From Chiloscyllium plagiosum (lineage: Eukaryota): a DNA stretch of 64,000 bases. A program made the translations under genes and the position numbers. Within the stretch, counting starts at the first letter, position 1, and each line of letters begins with the position of its first letter. The stretch is taken from NCBI RefSeq assembly GCF_004010195.1, contig NC_057720.1, positions 28,160,821 to 28,224,820 on the forward strand, in the 5' to 3' direction. The notes beneath the pieces were generated by a model. It searched no databases and was not told where the DNA came from. It saw only the letters and a program-made list of their open reading frames with translations. Of the stretch, positions 61,888 to 64,000 are shown piece after piece.

Positions 61888-62062
61888 CAAAAATGTGCAG
61901 GTTAGGTGAATTGGCCATGCTAAATTGCCCGTAGTGTTAGATGCAAGGGTAAATGTAGGGGTATGGGTATGGGTATGGGTGGGTGCGCTTCGGCGGGTCG
62001 GTGTGGACTGGTTGGGCCGAAGGGCCTGTTTCCACACTGTAAGTAATCTAATCTAATCTAAT
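61888..62062 (+). mobile_element. HE1-like SINE 3' half
   Basis: Matches the reverse complement of 12359-12515; ends in (AATCT)3. Confidence 0.85.
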
Positions 62063-62587
62063 TTCATGTTGTGGACAGTTTTTTTTCTCAACATGGCAGA
62101 ACACTGCTCATGTTTACGGATAGATGTTGATTACAATGTTTTTCCTAAAGTTAGAAATTTAGAACCTTTTAATCATCAGTATTGGAGAAATTGTCTTGAC
62201 CAGAGTTTGAAACCATGAATGAAATTATCCATTCTGCAGTGATATTTCCTGGCCTGCCATTGAATGTTCACCTGATTGTATCTGTGGCTGTCCCAGGACT
62301 CAGGCAGATGGTTTGTTTCCAGCCTTTGCTGACAAACTAGTGTTAGCAGTATGAGTAAGTAGCAGGGAATGATGGCATATGTTGTCAGCTTATTTTTAAT
62401 TCTAACTTTGGGTAGGTTGACAGCTATACTGCCCAACAATTTGCTTTTATCATTGCTGTTGCTAAAATCTTCCCTTACACTGGGGCAGCATCTGCACTTA
62501 TAAGGATATGAGTAAATGCTTTACAATCACTCCAGCAGTTCTTGCATATGCACTATGTATGTTTCATTGTTGCTGCAGCTACATCAT

Positions 62588-64000
62588 TGAGAAAATGAGG
62601 ACTGCAGGTGCTGGAGATCAAAGTCAAGACTGTGGCGCTGGAAAAGCACAACAGGTCAGGCAGCATCCAAGGAGCAGGAGCATTGATGTTTTGGGCATAA
62701 GCTCTTAGTCAGGAATGTGGCTTGAGGGCTGAGAGATAAATGGGAGGGGGTGAGCCAGGGGGAAGGTAGCTGAGAATGCAGTAGGTGGATGAAGGTGGGG
62801 TAAAAGGTGATACGCCGGAGAGGAGCGTGGAGCAGATAGATGGAATGATGATGAACAGGTCAAGAAGGTGATGCCCGGTTGGAGGCTCGGCACTGGATAA
62901 GGTAGGGGAAAGGAAATGAGTGGGAAGGGGAGTTGAGGTGCTCAGCCATGGAGTGGTGGGGTTGGTTGATTGGTTCGGGTGTCCCAGAGATTCTCTGAAA
63001 CGATCCGCAAGTTGGCGACCTATTTCCCCTATGTAGAGGTCCAGGAAAGGGAGGGAGGTGTCCAGGTAAATTTTAGGTCAGGGTGAAAGGTGTAACTGAA
63101 CTAATGAATTGTTCAGCAGCCTAATGAGAGCACAAGGTAGCGCCAATACAGCCATTGGTGTAGCGGAGGGAAAGGTGGGGAATGGGAAAAGTGTCACTGT
63201 GGAAGATGGACTATTCCATCACTAAGACCATCCACAACTTCATCACCTCTGGGGATCTCCTATCCACGTCTCCAACCTCATCGTCCGTGAACCCTGTACT
63301 GTCCGATTCTAACTCCTACTGAAGATTCACAAACCTGACTTCCCCAGTTGACCTATTGTCTCAGCCTGCTCCCGTCTCACTGAACTCATCTCTGCATACC
63401 TTGACACCATCTTGGTCCCCTTAGTCCAGGAACTCTCCACCTACATTTGGGACACCACCCATGCCCTTCACCACCTCCAAGGCTTTCATTTCCTTGGCCC
63501 CCAATGCCTCATCTTCACCATGGATGTCCAGTCCCTGTACACATCCATCCGCCACGACGAAGATCTCCAAGCCCTCCATTTCTTCCTGTCATACCGTCCC
63601 AACCAGAACCCTTCCACTGACACCCTCATCTGCCTGGCAGAACTGGTCCTCACCCTCAACAACTTCTCCTTCCAATCCTCCTAGTTCCTTCAAACCAAAG
63701 AGGTAGCCATGGGCACCTGCATGGGACCCAACTATGTCTGCCTCTTTGTCGGGTTCGTGGAACAGTCCATCTTCTGCAGCTACACCGGCAGCACCACCAC
63801 CCATCTGTTCCTCTGCTATTTTGATGACTGTATCAGCACTACCTCATGCTCCCACAACGAGGTTGAACAGTTCATCAACTTCACTAACACCTTTCATCCC
63901 AATCTCAAATTCACCTGGACAATCTTGGACACCTGCCTCTCCTTCCCAGACCTTTCCATCGCCATCTCTGGCAACCAACTAGCCACAGATATTTACTACA
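62588..64000 (+). mobile_element. Decayed PLE: inverted pLTR/body fragments (-, 62588-63215), then RT (+, 63216-64000, runs off the window)
   Basis: LLKIHKPD, FTMDVQSLYTSI, GVAMGTCMGP, FLCYFDDC. The upstream inverted repeat starts with the GAGAAAATGAGGACTGCAG tail and has a decayed hammerhead at about 62685-62712. Confidence 0.85.

Overview
This is eukaryotic, vertebrate DNA, most likely from a shark or other higher elasmobranch: it carries HE1-type V-SINEs that share their 3' tail with the CR1/HER1-type LINEs. No intact protein-coding gene is present. The ORF-track hits I could interpret are decayed transposon fragments or their antisense shadows. Most of the window is nested mobile elements: (1) many CR1/HER1-like LINE pieces; (2) a second CR1/Zenon-like LINE whose 5' end is a tRNA-like head, plus short head+tail derivatives of it; (3) Penelope-like elements (PLEs, RT + GIY-YIG) and many tiny PLE terminal-repeat insertions, several carrying minimal hammerhead-ribozyme motifs; (4) a decayed Gypsy element with the unusual PR-IN-RT-RH (Gmr1-like) order, plus solo LTRs; (5) four pogo/Tigger-like MITEs; (6) Rex1/Babar and L2 fragments, and ancient DeuSINE/AmnSINE2-like relics. 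There is one 476-nt assembly gap. TE-poor islands contain a plausible 54-nt exon (8940-8993, +) and enhancer-like sequence, which suggests a large intron of an unidentified + strand gene. The most system-like signal is the hammerhead-bearing PLE family, with inverted, tail-bearing terminal repeats and long target-site duplications (TSDs). Its general principles are known from other PLEs, so I do not claim it is new. All family names come from motif recognition and recall, not database searches, and element boundaries are approximate unless TSDs or TIRs are given.
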